Shown in pieces: positions 42,139-55,339 of a stretch of 64,000 nucleotides of DNA (its first letter is position 1; each line of letters starts with the position of its first letter). The stretch covers positions 186,001-250,000 of the forward strand of contig CAJNYD010000035.1 in the NCBI GenBank assembly GCA_905331295.1, in the 5' to 3' direction. The notes under the pieces are model-generated. The model ran no database searches. It saw nothing but the letters and a program-made list of their open reading frames with translations, and was not told where the DNA came from. The position numbers and the translations under genes were made by a program. Origin of the DNA: Rotaria socialis (Eukaryota).

Positions 42139-42774
42139 GCCCAAGTTAATTAAAATATGTTGTGTAAAACAATCGTATGAAAAAGTAGAATAAAATCTCT
42201 ATTGATAATACATCAATGCAACGCGACCTTACACTAATGCATTTACATCTTCAGTATCAACAATAATAACCACGCGAATAACACGTACATAACCAGATGT
42301 TCACGATTAAAGAAACCAATGTTTATACAATGGTATTTTGTATGCATTAAGAGAAAAAAATCGACTTTATATGGCTATGTTATATCTATTAGACAAGTCC
42401 TTATTCCTATTACTCATATTACATTCTACTGGTGTTCTTTAGTTCGATCGTATATAAGAAAGAATTTGATCAATATTTTCGAATAAAAAGATTTACCTGA
42501 ATTGTTCAACTTTAAATTAGCCATTGTTCTATATTAAGTTAAAATTGATCTAAAGAAAAGTTTCTTTGATATTTTATCTAATAAAGTTTAATTTATTTCG
42601 AGAATAATAAAATCTGTGTTAAAATTACACATGGTAAACTAGAGTACAAAAACATTCTTAATTATAAACATAACAATATTAATGTTTGGTTAATTATTTA
42701 TTTTTACATTAAAAAAAAATATTGAAAACTGTTTTAGTTAATTCAATTATTGTGCCTTGCATTTTTGTAGATAC

Positions 42775-45700
42775 TCATGGTGATTTATGAGTGATAACAT
42801 CGCTGTTATCATCATCATTATCTCGCTTATACGGAACACGATTGATATTCGATGTGTTAGTTTCTTGTTGATCGATGTCATCATCTCGTTTAGTTGAAAA
42901 ACGACCAGTACTAAACGTATCAACTTCTGGAGTATCATCATTGTCATCGTTTCGTTTAAACGCTACGCGCCGGGTGCTTAATGTACCACTTGGTTGATCA
43001 TCAGTTTTGTTTCGTCTGGTAATCGCACGTCGACTGGTTGATGTAGCTGACGAATGATGATAATAATCGTCGTCATCATGATCATCATCGTGCCGTCTAA
43101 CTATGTCACGGTGTGCACTTGATGTAATAGCGGGACGGAGTTCATCTCTTGGTGGACTTGTTTCTCGCATATAATCAGATGATAAATTTTTATATCGATA
43201 AAGATCTTCTGAATGTTGATCAGAAAAATGGCTAAGATTTGAAGTCGCAAAACCATAATTTCGTTTCGAAGTAGGTTTTGCCGGGACAATAGCTTTAGGT
43301 TCAGGGTTGTCTTCTTCACGTGACGCAGAGAAAACACGCGATACTCGATCTGTTATAGCTCCAAGGAAAGAGCCACCTGAACGTTGAGGCACAGGTGGTG
43401 GTGCTGCGGTTGATGATGATGTCAATGCTGTTTGTCTTGATGCATCAGCCTTACGATATCTCGATGTGATAACATGTGATTGTAATTCGCTGCTTGCTGC
43501 ATTCCAACGTCTATAAGAAAATACATTTAGTTACAATATACAGTTTTCTATGAAAAATATTTTAAAACCTCTCATTGAATTGATCCAATTCATAGTTTCC
43601 ACGTGAACGTACTTTTTCATTAAGATTACTCATGTAAGCTACACGCTGTTTTTGTACAGTTGGTGTTGACCATTTTGAACGCATATGCGTTCTTTCACCT
43701 TCCTCTTCATCGTCCGATATTGCTGCCCTACAAAAACAAAAATGATGTGTTTTATTCAAAAAAAAGTACTACATAGATCATTTGATATTTATTTACATCA
43801 TATCATTGGCTGTACTTCGAATATGATTTTCTGCAATAATGCTTCGAATAGCATTAACTTCAGCCTCTTCACGATCTTCTGTTGTTTGTTTCAATTGTGT
43901 TAATACACGTAATGCTTTGCTACCATCAGCAGCTATATAAGTAACTTGTACTTGAAATGGTAATTGTTCTAATTGATCCAAATCAATATTATATTTTTCT
44001 TTTAATTCTGAATTTAGAATAGAAAAATCATATTAAAAGTTCTTCGATTTATGTCTGTAGGAAAAACAAATTGTAACCTTCTTTGTTTCGAACACCAAAT
44101 TCAAATGTAACTTCAGTTTGTTTAGTTACATTTCCAATATCACGTTTGATTTTCTCAAGTTTTTCATCTAGATTATCGGGATTACGAATATATAATCCAC
44201 GATGCACAATCAATGTTGCTTCGACATTTGTGGCAATAATTTTTTGTTCAAGTATTGAAGCAAATTCATCACGCATATTTAATAAATCAACAATTGTTAC
44301 ATTACCACCTGTACCATCGGCCTACTCATGAGATACAAAAAAATCTTCTATAAACATGTATACAAAATTTATTTTACCATTTGACCAATCACAGGAAGTA
44401 AACAAGCAGTGCCTAAAAATCAAATAATATAGTTTTGAAATTTTCTCAAATGAAATAAAAATGTTTACCTTTGATAGTGATTACTGAAATACCAACACCT
44501 TTGTCTCTAGCGCGTTCGGTTACTTAAAAAAATTAAAAGATATTGAGAAATTATTAATCAATAGAGCAAAAATTAGATAAAATTTACATCCAGCATAAAA
44601 TTGATTTCCTTCTTCAAGAGCGTGATTTCTAACAGCTTCGTCAACTTTAGTATCTTGAGCTAATTCCAAGCTGCCTAAACCTCGATTAGCTAAGCCTGAA
44701 TAAGAAAACAAAATCAAAAAATTATTTTCATAATTAAATAGTATTAAAATTTTGATTGTCTTACCATCGGTACAAATAACTATTTTCGAACCTTGTCGTT
44801 TTGATGCTATATTAAGAGCAAAAACAACAGCTGGGCCAAGTGCTGTTTGACCACCTTCCTCGAGATCATAAACACGTTCTGTTAATTTGGTTTTCGTTTG
44901 TGCAACAGGTTTCAATTCATTCTTTACTTCTTTCTCTGCTTCATGCAATAAATCAGTCTCAGAATTTAATTTATCACCACGTATAACCAATGGTTCATCT
45001 CTTGTCCCATCACCTGAAAAATCAATTTTAATCAAAGCAAAAAAACCTTTATGTAGTAATTACAATACCATAATACGTTATTTCGTGATTGAATGTTAGT
45101 ACAGCTGCACGTCTTGTTGGTGCATCTTTAACAAGTTTATCTAAATTAGCATCCACAGCCATTTGTACACCTTGTAAACGTGAAACATATGTTTGATTAT
45201 GTTGTCGAATCATGTGTGCACCACCAAATGCTTCGGCAACACGTTCTTGTTGTTTGAGTATATGAGGCAAATTAAATGTACCTTGCACTAATGTTGTCGA
45301 TGACATGGATCCACTTGTATCAATTAAAAATAAAACTATCGAATCATCAACACCAGTCATATTTGAACCGTGAACAACCGGTGCTGGTGAAACCAAATAA
45401 GTTGCATCTTCTTGCTTAGGTAAATCCGATTGTTCGATATCAACTCCATTGACATGTAAACAAAATTCACAACACCATTTAGATTCTGGCTCATCAGATC
45501 GTTCACTTCGATCATTTTCATTTGTCTCGCTTTGAATTTTGCTTAAATGAGAAGCTATTGCATTACATGCCGTACAATAGACAGGATCACCAGCATGCAT
45601 TTCACCTAAATATAATTTAATCATGTTTTTATTTTTAAAACACATTTTTAGTCGGCTGATTTATGATTACCTGGTTGAAGTAATCGATTGAATTTAACAC

Positions 45701-45991
45701 TGAGAACATTGGTATCAGGTTTACGTAAACGTTTTCGTTTATGTGAAGTTAAAGCAGTACTACCTGAAGTAGTGGACACCACTTGATGTTCACGGTGTCT
45801 TTCTCCCTCACTTAAAATTAATCTTAGATTGAGTTTATTTCAAAATCATTGAAAAATTTTTTTTACCGTGCTTGTATTTGTGGCAAAAATAATGGATCAT
45901 TATCGTTATTAAGTGCATCACCATCGTCATCTGATACTGATTCAGATTCGGAACGATCATATTTATAGATATACTTGGATCCGAAATCCAT
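42775..45991 (-). CDS. CPRas1-like protein: Sec23/24-type zinc finger plus vWA domain, with a long disordered C-terminus
   Basis: MDFGSKYIY start, GDPVYCTAC..WCCEFC, IVLFLIDTSGSMS (MIDAS-like), YVSRLQ, GQTALGPA, ICTDGLAN.GLG and LPFQVQVTY...DG.KALRVLT. Confidence 0.85.
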
Positions 45992-47271
45992 AATTTCAAC
46001 CAAAATCTGAAAGAAAGTACGAAAAGCACTTCTATATGAATCTGTATGTTAAAAAAACAACAGCAAATAATTGCTTACAATGGTGCACGATATTCAACCT
46101 TAGACGAAAAACTGTGATGAAGAAAGGAGAATATAATGTCGTGTAAAAATCATTACTCTTTTTTTTCTTCTTTTCTCGACCATAATAAAAACAACTTACA
46201 AGGCATATTGCAGCTCGGCAAAAAAAAGGTGTTCGTCCTTCCTTTCATTTCTCTTAGCAACCGAGCATGCAGTATTTAGAAGGAAATACAGAATCAATAT
46301 TAAATTATTCAAAAATAACAAAAATTAATTCAAATAAGAAAAAAACAAAATTTTTATTAAACTAATTGATAATCAAAATGTTCTCTTACAAGTTTTCGTC
46401 GACTTTAACTTCTAAATATGAAATGACGCACACTAATAGTATGTATGCTCATTTGAAAACATAATGGTTTATGACGTACTAATGCGAATGTCGAACATTC
46501 ATTGGTCAGAGTTTTATTACACATTTTTCTATTTTATTCAGTTGTGTAGGAAGTATTTCATTTGTCATATTTATCATTGTAATTGATTATCCCTACAGAC
46601 ATATATCGATGTATGACAACAGAAAAAAGTATCACCTGTATAGCATTTCTCACAATCTCATACGAAATATATCACTAATTCATTGTTTAAATACTTTCAA
46701 TCAGAGGATTTTATTTGAATGTTTCACTCGAAAAACAAAATTTTAAGTTTTCTTGTAAATTCTTATCAAATCAAAATTTTATGCTCATTATAAAACAATT
46801 TTTCGATAATAATATTGAGATGGACTAGATTTTTCCCTATGAATTTATCTAGAAAAATAAATAATTTTCTATTTCTAAAAGATGAAAATAATGATCAATA
46901 TAAGATTGTGATAAATTCTTATGTTTATAGCTGTTGCCGATTACAACATCAGCGATAAATAATTTCTCTTAAGCATTTAGCAAAAAAATGAACATTATAA
47001 TAAATATTTTCCGATTCTTTTTCACTTTAAAATGCGTGAAAATGACGTCTGACATAATTCGCATTCTTTGTTTTTTACTTGATGAAAACGACAAGTGACA
47101 AGGAGAAATAAAGAAAGACACAGAAAAAAAATAATAATGACTTGAAAAATGCTACAAGGCGCAAAGATAAACATAGATTTGGAAAAAAAGTAGAAAGAAT
47201 AAAGTTGAAACACACGAAAGGAACATAAAATCTAATGAAAAAGTGACAGAAGATGTTCGTTTATAAATAGA

Positions 47272-50200
47272 TTATTCACTTGCTGCTATAATTGAATCAG
47301 ATGATAAATATTGTTTTGAGAATTCCCTCAATTCATTATCAATTTCATCGCCTTGCTTTCGTAATTTTTTTCCTTTATCAATATATTTTAATAATTGATC
47401 AATATCTTTTCGTAGTTGTTGCATATTATCTGCTAAATCATCTTTTTCCATGTCAACATAATGTATTGTTTGAGCAAAATACATTGATAATTCTTGTTGT
47501 ACTTGGGCACTTGCATTACCTGATGTCATATCAACGATTAATTTCATTTTAGATGATGCATAATCAGCATATTGGCGTTTAAATGCACGTTCCTGTGCTT
47601 TTTTTGTCCACATTAATTTTTCATATAAAAATAAACTACCATAAATACCGGCAACAACACCTAAAACTCTCCAGCCAACACTACGCCATATCAGTGCACA
47701 ACTTCCCAGTGCCAGTAAACCCGATTTTGATGTTAATAATGATATATTATTTGCTGTTGTTAATAAATCATTTGTCGAATGAAGTAAAGATGGTGATGAT
47801 AGTTCATTCATACGTTTGGATCCCGTTAGAGATTCTTTCTGATTTTGAACATAACGCTGCCATAGACATGAGAAGCCTAATGAGAATTTAAATTCTATAT
47901 CCTCACGAAAATCTGAACATAAATTTGAACAATCCAAACGGTAGGAAACATTAAAATCTGAACGAGGTACTATTGAATCAACGAGTATTTTACGTTCACT
48001 ATTTGATAGAACTAATTTAACACGATCTTGTATTTCACGATGAACACTATTTAATGATGTATACAAGGCTGAATGTAGACGACTTTGCAAATTAGAACCA
48101 AGTCGTTCTTCAACCCAATGATGTAAATCTCGTTTATAAAGTGGAATTTGTTCTGGATCGGACGAAAAAGGACGATCAAATTCTTCGATTAATGTATAAA
48201 GACTAAATAATGAAAATAAAAAGTTGCCGTTAGAAAATCAGACAAAATATTGTGTAAATTTATCTTTTATCATTATCATCAAAAATATTTCTTTCGCTGA
48301 CCAACACTTACATTTCATAAAATAATATATCAGTTTCTTCCATTTATAAAATCTCTAGCACTCAAAGATCCTACACAAAAATTTCTAGTTGGATTCTTTC
48401 AATATTGTGTTCAATGTAATTATGAAGTTTTGCAAACCTGATCTGATTCAATCTCTATGTGCTCTTATCTAGTATCAATACATAAGAATGAATCGTTTTA
48501 ATTAGAAATACACAAAGAAAAAACTTTCAATTCATATATATTGCTAGAGGTTTAAAATCGATTATTTTCTCATATTTCTCTGCCTATTGAATAGAGCCAC
48601 AATAGATTACAAAGAGCTAATAGTATACCTAACAATTTTATCTGAATAATAGTTTTTTTGTAAAGATATCTGTATCATACAGATTGTATAACAGAGATGT
48701 TTTGAAACCATTCGGATCGGAGAGGCCAGCGTTTATAAGTCAAGAGATCGATTAAATTTTCTCTCTCTATAACTGATAGAGTTTGAAAATGAATGAATGA
48801 AGACACAAATAAAGTCTAGTGGAATTTCGCTAGCAAAGATTTCAAAATTGAGAACAACTATTAGGTAGCTACTCGTCTGGATAGTGTATGATTATTTATT
48901 TCACTAATCAAGAAAATTAATAAATGCGGAAACATCGGACTCGCATCCGATTGTTACGTGTACTGCAAAAACTGAGTTGATTTAGATATGTTGTGAATAA
49001 TTCTGAGAAAAATTCCCTGTACCCCCCTCCCTCGGAGATGGTCTGGTCAATAATGACAATTTTTTCGATAACTCAGCCATTTCTTGACGGATCCTTCTCA
49101 TCTTCGAACTCGACTGAGATATTGATGAGATCATTCTGTGTACAAAATTTCATGGCAATTGGATGAGGCTTTCAAGAGTTATCGTGTTAACGGCCGGACA
49201 GACACACTGGTCGAATCTAGGGTGTACTCACTTTTTGAGTACACAAAAACAAGTAACTATTCTTATAAAATCAAAATTTATCAATAGTGATTGAGTTTGA
49301 TTTTCAAACTGTAATTTCTTATGCATTCAAGTCATAACTCTAGATATAGGCTATGACATTTAGCAAAAAAAACAATATTATTTATGATAGCTTATTATCC
49401 ACTGAATTTTCAATACAAAGAATATTTCTCTAGGATATTTTATTTGCCTTTAGTTTCTATTTCTGTATTTTATTTTTAATAACATACCGTTTAATTTCAT
49501 CGTTCAATGTTTGTGCAACTCTTTTATAAACATCTTCAGATATATGCCGAATTTTTTCCTTCGCTGATTCAGTCATTGCCCGTAATTCATGTTCAAGAAA
49601 ACTATTTTTTTCGTCCATTTCAGTTAATTTTTGAACTGATTCTTGTTTTAATATTTGGGATTTATTGCAAACATTAGCTGTTGTTTCACGTAGTGAGGCT
49701 ATAATTTCTTTGCCTCGATTTGTATGTTGTTCGAATTTCGTTTGAATAGCAGTTTTTGAAATACACTCTTCAAATTCATGTTCAAATTTACTGAATTCCT
49801 CGAGACGTTCTTGATATCCTAAATAATAAGACAAAAGTTAATTTTTCAATTCAATTGCAATGGTTTACCTTCATTGAAACCACTTCGTGGTGATGCTGTC
49901 GGATCTTTATTTCGGCTCAATAAGGCTTCCCGTGCTGAAATAAAGAACATCCGATGCTCAGAAGCCTGTTTTCGATCACACAGCTTTAATTCGTCGCATA
50001 GAAATTCTAGTCCACGGTCAAGATGTTGTTGTCTCACCTGAGTAGAAGAAAAAAAAACTTTCAAAATTAGAAAATAAAAACGAGCCAATTAACAATCACT
50101 TACCGATTCGACTGACTCCGGTTCATATGCAGTTGCATCCCAACGATTCATCAAGATGAAAATATTTGGATTTGATAAACGTTGTGCAACATTATGTAAA

Positions 50201-51633
50201 AATTTTTTCTCCTAAATTTTTATTCATTTCGTTTATATGATTTGACTCAATTGAAACTTACAGCAACTGTAATTGTTGCTTCAGCTGAAATAACCAGTAC
50301 AAATACATCAGCATCTAAGCAATGATTTTCAATCCATTGATCGAGGTTTGCTGATACATCAATACCAGGACTAGAATAAATAAATACTTTTAAATAAAAT
50401 TCTTAAAAACTGATTTTACCTATCAACAAGAATAACATCATCTCGAATCAAACGACATTTTTCTTTTGGCCATAAAATTTTTACAAGAGAATCTGAATCC
50501 AGTTTTTCTCTTGAGAGCGCATTGCTGATACTACCCAAACTCTAGAAAGACAAAATATGTAAATCATTTCTAAGTAAATAATTCAATTTTTTGCTGATAT
50601 CATTTCATAAATATAATTATTCAGTTGCTGATTTGATCTATGTAATGTTCTATTTGAACTATTTCATAAGATAGGTGGACGTTTATTCAGTGTCATTCTA
50701 GCATGAGTAATATTAGAATACGCGGAAAATGTTCATATTCAAAAATTGTTGTTTATTTTGAAGTTGCCGGCGCAATTTCATACTGACTATTGATGAAAAA
50801 GAGTTTCAACGGCATCTCAAATAGATAAAAACAAAGGTACAGATTATACATCCATATCCTGAAGTTTTCACCAGAAGAAACATAGATCATGATATATTGG
50901 TACTGATGAGAATTAAAATCTTCCTCTACTTACAGAAACACTTTTTGGTTCGTCTGATTCGGGTGTGAGAACATATGCTTCTGCTTCATCAGTTCCTTCA
51001 ATCTAAATAAAATATCAGACTAGCGTTTTAAAAACAACTTATCTTTTAATAATCCAACATACTTGAAGAAAACAATTAGTTGTGTGTCCCATCCCAACTG
51101 GTAATATTCTTTCGCGTAACATAGCATTGACAGTTGTACTTTTCCCATTACTTGTTCTAAATTGTAAGTTTCAAATGAACATTAAAAAGAATACGAAGAG
51201 AATTCGTATCTATTCACCTTCCAAAAAAGACAACTTTCATATGGTCGCGTGATATAACAGATAAAATTCGATTAACTTTATCATTTAATTGTTGAATATC
51301 CTTGTATTTATCGTCAGTTATTAAATTTTTATCAGCGTTGTTCACTTCTAGAATAGAAAAATCAAAAATGAAAACAAATTGTTAAATAAAATAAAACAAA
51401 CCTTCTAGAAATTTATTAGAGTAATCAACGTATGATGCAATGTTTTTAAATATTTGAGTGATTGTTGTTTTAGCTTGAGTAAATAGTTTTAATGGTGAAT
51501 TAGCACCTAAATAGAATAAATAGTTGGAAAATTGAAATATATTTAGTGAATGCTGGCTTTACTAACTATTTACACTAATTTGACGAGCAAGTTCAAGTGA
51601 TGCCGACTTTTCATGAATAATACTTCCTGACAT
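47272..51633 (-). CDS. MFN: Mitofusin (fzo/Marf) dynamin-like GTPase, multi-exon
   Basis: [81 protein letters not shown] segment, ERAFKRQY and QVQQELS. Confidence 0.97.
48918..49250 (-). mobile_element. HINE/DINE-1-like element, copy 2 (internally deleted), inside a mitofusin intron
   Basis: Reverse-complement homology to 27430-27835 and about 28012-28061. Retains the terminal repeats and a 3' hairpin (48934-48951). Confidence 0.75.
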
Positions 51634-52739
51634 AATTATTTATCTAAGATAGAAAAAAAAAAACTAAGTCGATTGATAATAAAATCTTCATTTTTACGCT
51701 TCTTTTAATTAATACTAAATAAAGAATAAACTATTTAATGCCGATAAATGAGATGATTCAAGCATTGTAAAAAAGGAAATACTATTGCAACTTTTTTTGA
51801 AATAATAATGAAAATGTCTTCGAAAAGTTCAAAACTAAACAAACACACGACGTGATTCTCTTGTTCTGAAAACTACAAGAATCATCGTTAATGACAGTCA
51901 AAATAATATCTACTATTCTCATGTTAGTCTGCCGTTTCCGATGAAAGTCTAGAACATTATGCTTAATAAATGATTCTTAGTAAACTAATAAGTATTTACA
52001 ATAAAAATATCTAACCCGGGCATATACACTGGAAAATAAACATCAGAGAGGATAGTAATTTTGAAACTACTCAGAAATGGATCAACCTTACCTCTGGTAA
52101 GTAGAAATCGTTCATAAAACAATTATAAACTTCAGTGTGAGACTATATTGGAATGTTCGCTTGCTTCAGAATGTTAATCAACGTTGAGAAATGAAAACAC
52201 TACTCAGACTAACTATAATTCGGGTATAAATTTTCCTTAGTTGAACTTTTACTCGTGAGTAAACATTTCAACCAGGCACGGAATTCGATTTCATACGTGC
52301 ATTTTCTTCTCCGTAGAACTTATCTTTCTGATGCGCATATCTCATTAAATCTTTGTATCGTGTCAATGTTTCTTGTTCAAGAGCTCTCTATCTATGAGAT
52401 AGAGGCAAGTTCTAGTCATCTATTTCGTACGCCATGCTATTCCAAACAATATGTTAAACCCTCTGTTTTGCACGTTGCATGTGTTCTGAAAATTTGAATT
52501 TAACTTGTTACGCATAATGTTAGAAGTAAAAATGTACCTATTCATTAATCAGATATGTTCACCAATGAAAATTCTCAATCTCCTCTATAAAAGAAAAGTA
52601 AATATTCAACTGCGTAAAGAAATAAATAAATGAAAATGAAACGTACGTACATATGCGCTACATGCACACTCATTTGTCATTTGATTTCAATAATCCAATC
52701 GGAAAAATGGTGTGAGAGGCCGCTATTCTATATACTTGA

Positions 52740-52753
52740 GTTTCTATGACAAC
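52740..52753 (+). promoter_or_regulatory. RFX X-box upstream of TMEM237
   Basis: GTTTCT-AT-GACAAC fits the consensus GTHNYY-AT-RRNAAC, about 40 nt upstream of the ATG of a ciliary gene. Confidence 0.7.
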
Positions 52754-52794
52754 GAATAATAGGATTTTAAGTCATCATATATTATAATCATTCA

Positions 52795-54308
52795 ATGGCA
52801 ACTACTGGTACTCGCCAAGGAATTAATCAAAGACGACGCCTACCAAAATTAACTGCTGCCGATCCAGTTGGTGGTAGTAGTGATGAAACACCTCGAACAG
52901 TAACAGGCGATGAAAGCGCTCGACAACGACGTCGAGCTCAACAACGGCTAACTCGCCAACAAACACCAAGTGGAAGTGAAGCGATTTCACCACCACCATC
53001 GAAAGAAGTAATTTAATTATTGATTTTTCATTATAAATTATTTCATACTACAATATTTAGCTTCCTTTACCGCCTCGATCAACTCACATTGATGAACGTC
53101 AAACGAATAAACGTCGAAAAGCACGTCGACGTGTCCAATCATCGTAAGTGACACATACCTATTATTGAATTCTTTTTTTCTCTCAATATCTTATTAAAGA
53201 TCACAGTTGGAACAAGAACCATCACTTCTACAAGGTTTTGAAGATGACATCGTTATTGAGAGACATCCAAAGTCGAATGAAGTCATTTTACCTGATCTAT
53301 TAATCTCAAGTTCATATGCTGGTGGTGCACCATCGAAAAGTGCTCCGACGCCTCGTATTTATTATGAAAATAGAAGTAGAATGTTCTTTTTAAATCATTG
53401 AAATATTATAGATTATTATATTTTAAGAAACATTTTCAAGTGAAAGAAAAGAGGCTGCAGAATTACGGATAGGCAATAGAGCCGCACAATCGCCATTCAA
53501 ATCAGCATATGCTGACAGTTATACATTTCAACAACAAACAGCAGAAGTTTTAAAACGTTATACAGTTCGCGTTGCTAAGCAAACTCATGCAGCTTTGCAA
53601 AAACTGTTTCTTTTCATACATGGCATTAACTCTGGTTATGCATTATGGATATGTATATTTGTTTTTGTATTTACTCAAAACAATCCAACAAACTTCTTTA
53701 CTACCTATCGATCAATTGCATTGATTACACATCTGTTATTTTATCTGTTTCTTGCATTGTGCATGCTCGATGTTTTAGATCGGTAAGTAGCTGTATAATT
53801 TAACATCGAATTTTCCTCATTGTTGATGTTTTAAATATTTATTTCGTTGGTTTTTTCTCGCTAGAATTGATTTCGGTAAATGGAATAAAACTTGTTTATT
53901 ACAATCGCTTACTGCACAAAATAGTACAGTAGCTTTGTTGTTTTATGGAATTGCTATGATTGTCAATTTGGTTATGATGCAAACAGAAGATTACCTACGT
54001 ATGACTCAATATTCAGGTTCTGGAAATACAACATCTTTGTCTCTAGTAAGTTTACTACTTGATTATTGATTTTTATGAATTCCTTTTTTTTCTAAAAGGG
54101 AGTTATCGTGGCTGATTACAGTACATGGGCAAATTTAACAGCAGTACGAGCAGCTTTTATAATTGCTGGTTGGATTATTGTTAGTATACATATTAAAAAT
54201 GATCGATTAAGAACAATGATTCAAAATACAGAAGAAAAAGCATTTTATGAAGAATTTCAAGCTGGACAGCACACTGTACCACTTGTCACAGGAGTGTCTT
54301 CTCCTTAA
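52795..54308 (+). CDS. TMEM237: TMEM237-like ciliary transition-zone membrane protein
   Basis: Basic disordered N-terminus, then FLFIHGINSGYALW, FFTTYRSIA..LFYLFLALCMLDVLDRIDF and W.NL.AVRA.FII.GWIIVS, matching the TMEM237 four-TM pattern. Confidence 0.8.
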
Positions 54309-54480
54309 TCATCATTCTACTATTCAATGTTTTTTTTCTTTTGGTTGATTAAAATAAAATAGAACACGAAGAGACAAACTAATATGAATACTTTTGTTTA
54401 TTAGAAGAATCTGCTGTTTGTGCATGTATTTTTCTTTTTGCTTTAATAAAACTTTTTTTTTAATCACATAGAACTATATT

Positions 54481-55030
54481 TCATTTCCCTTCATAGTTTG
54501 TCATTGATCCAGGTTGATTTTGACGAATATGATAATCATAGCCATTGATATGATATCGACCATGTCCATCTAACATTCGGTATGGACTGGATAAAGTATT
54601 ACCCCACAGTACATGGTTGTTTGCACGTTTACCAATTCGTGGAAAAAAGACACTACGTTGCTCGAACCATCTGGAATCATTATCATTGTTGCTGCTTTCA
54701 TTTTCTTCAACATTCATATTTTGGTAGTCACTAGAAGAAATTTCTTCAGTGCCAGATGACGAACGACCAATACGTGGAAACTTAGTTGTACGAAGAAAAC
54801 GATCATAATATAATGGAATATTTAATCCGTATTGTTGATCAGTAATACTATTTTTTAAATCATCCGATTGTAAAACGTAGCTACACTAGAAGAAAAAAGT
54901 TTTGAAAATTAAAAACGAAAAAAGAAATTTTAAACATGCGCATTATTCTTACAGTCGATGGAATAAATAGTATGATTAAAATATAATAGAAACTATTGAT
55001 AGTTATTGTTGACGATGAAACAAACATCAT
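54481..55030 (-). CDS. FPRIamide (PRXamide; SCP/CAPA-like) neuropeptide precursor, 160 aa; exons 55030-54953 and 54885-54481
   Basis: Hydrophobic signal peptide, then R-TTKFPRI-GR and R-SVFFPRI-GKR (amidation Gly plus basic cleavage sites) separated by an acidic spacer. Confidence 0.85.
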
Positions 55031-55249
55031 TAATTTGAGAATTTAATTAAATTTTTCTTATATCTATAAGCCTACATGCAAGGCAAAAAAAATGAATGAG
55101 AAAAATCTAGTTGATATTTATGAAAGGAATTCACTGGATGCTGTTTACCTCTAAATGTTGAATTTTCCAATGTGTTTCAAGTATTTATGCAAATCGAATA
55201 GCAGAGATTGATGTGGGCGTAGAAAATAAACTATAGAAAATCACGCTGA

Positions 55250-55339
<90 letters not shown>

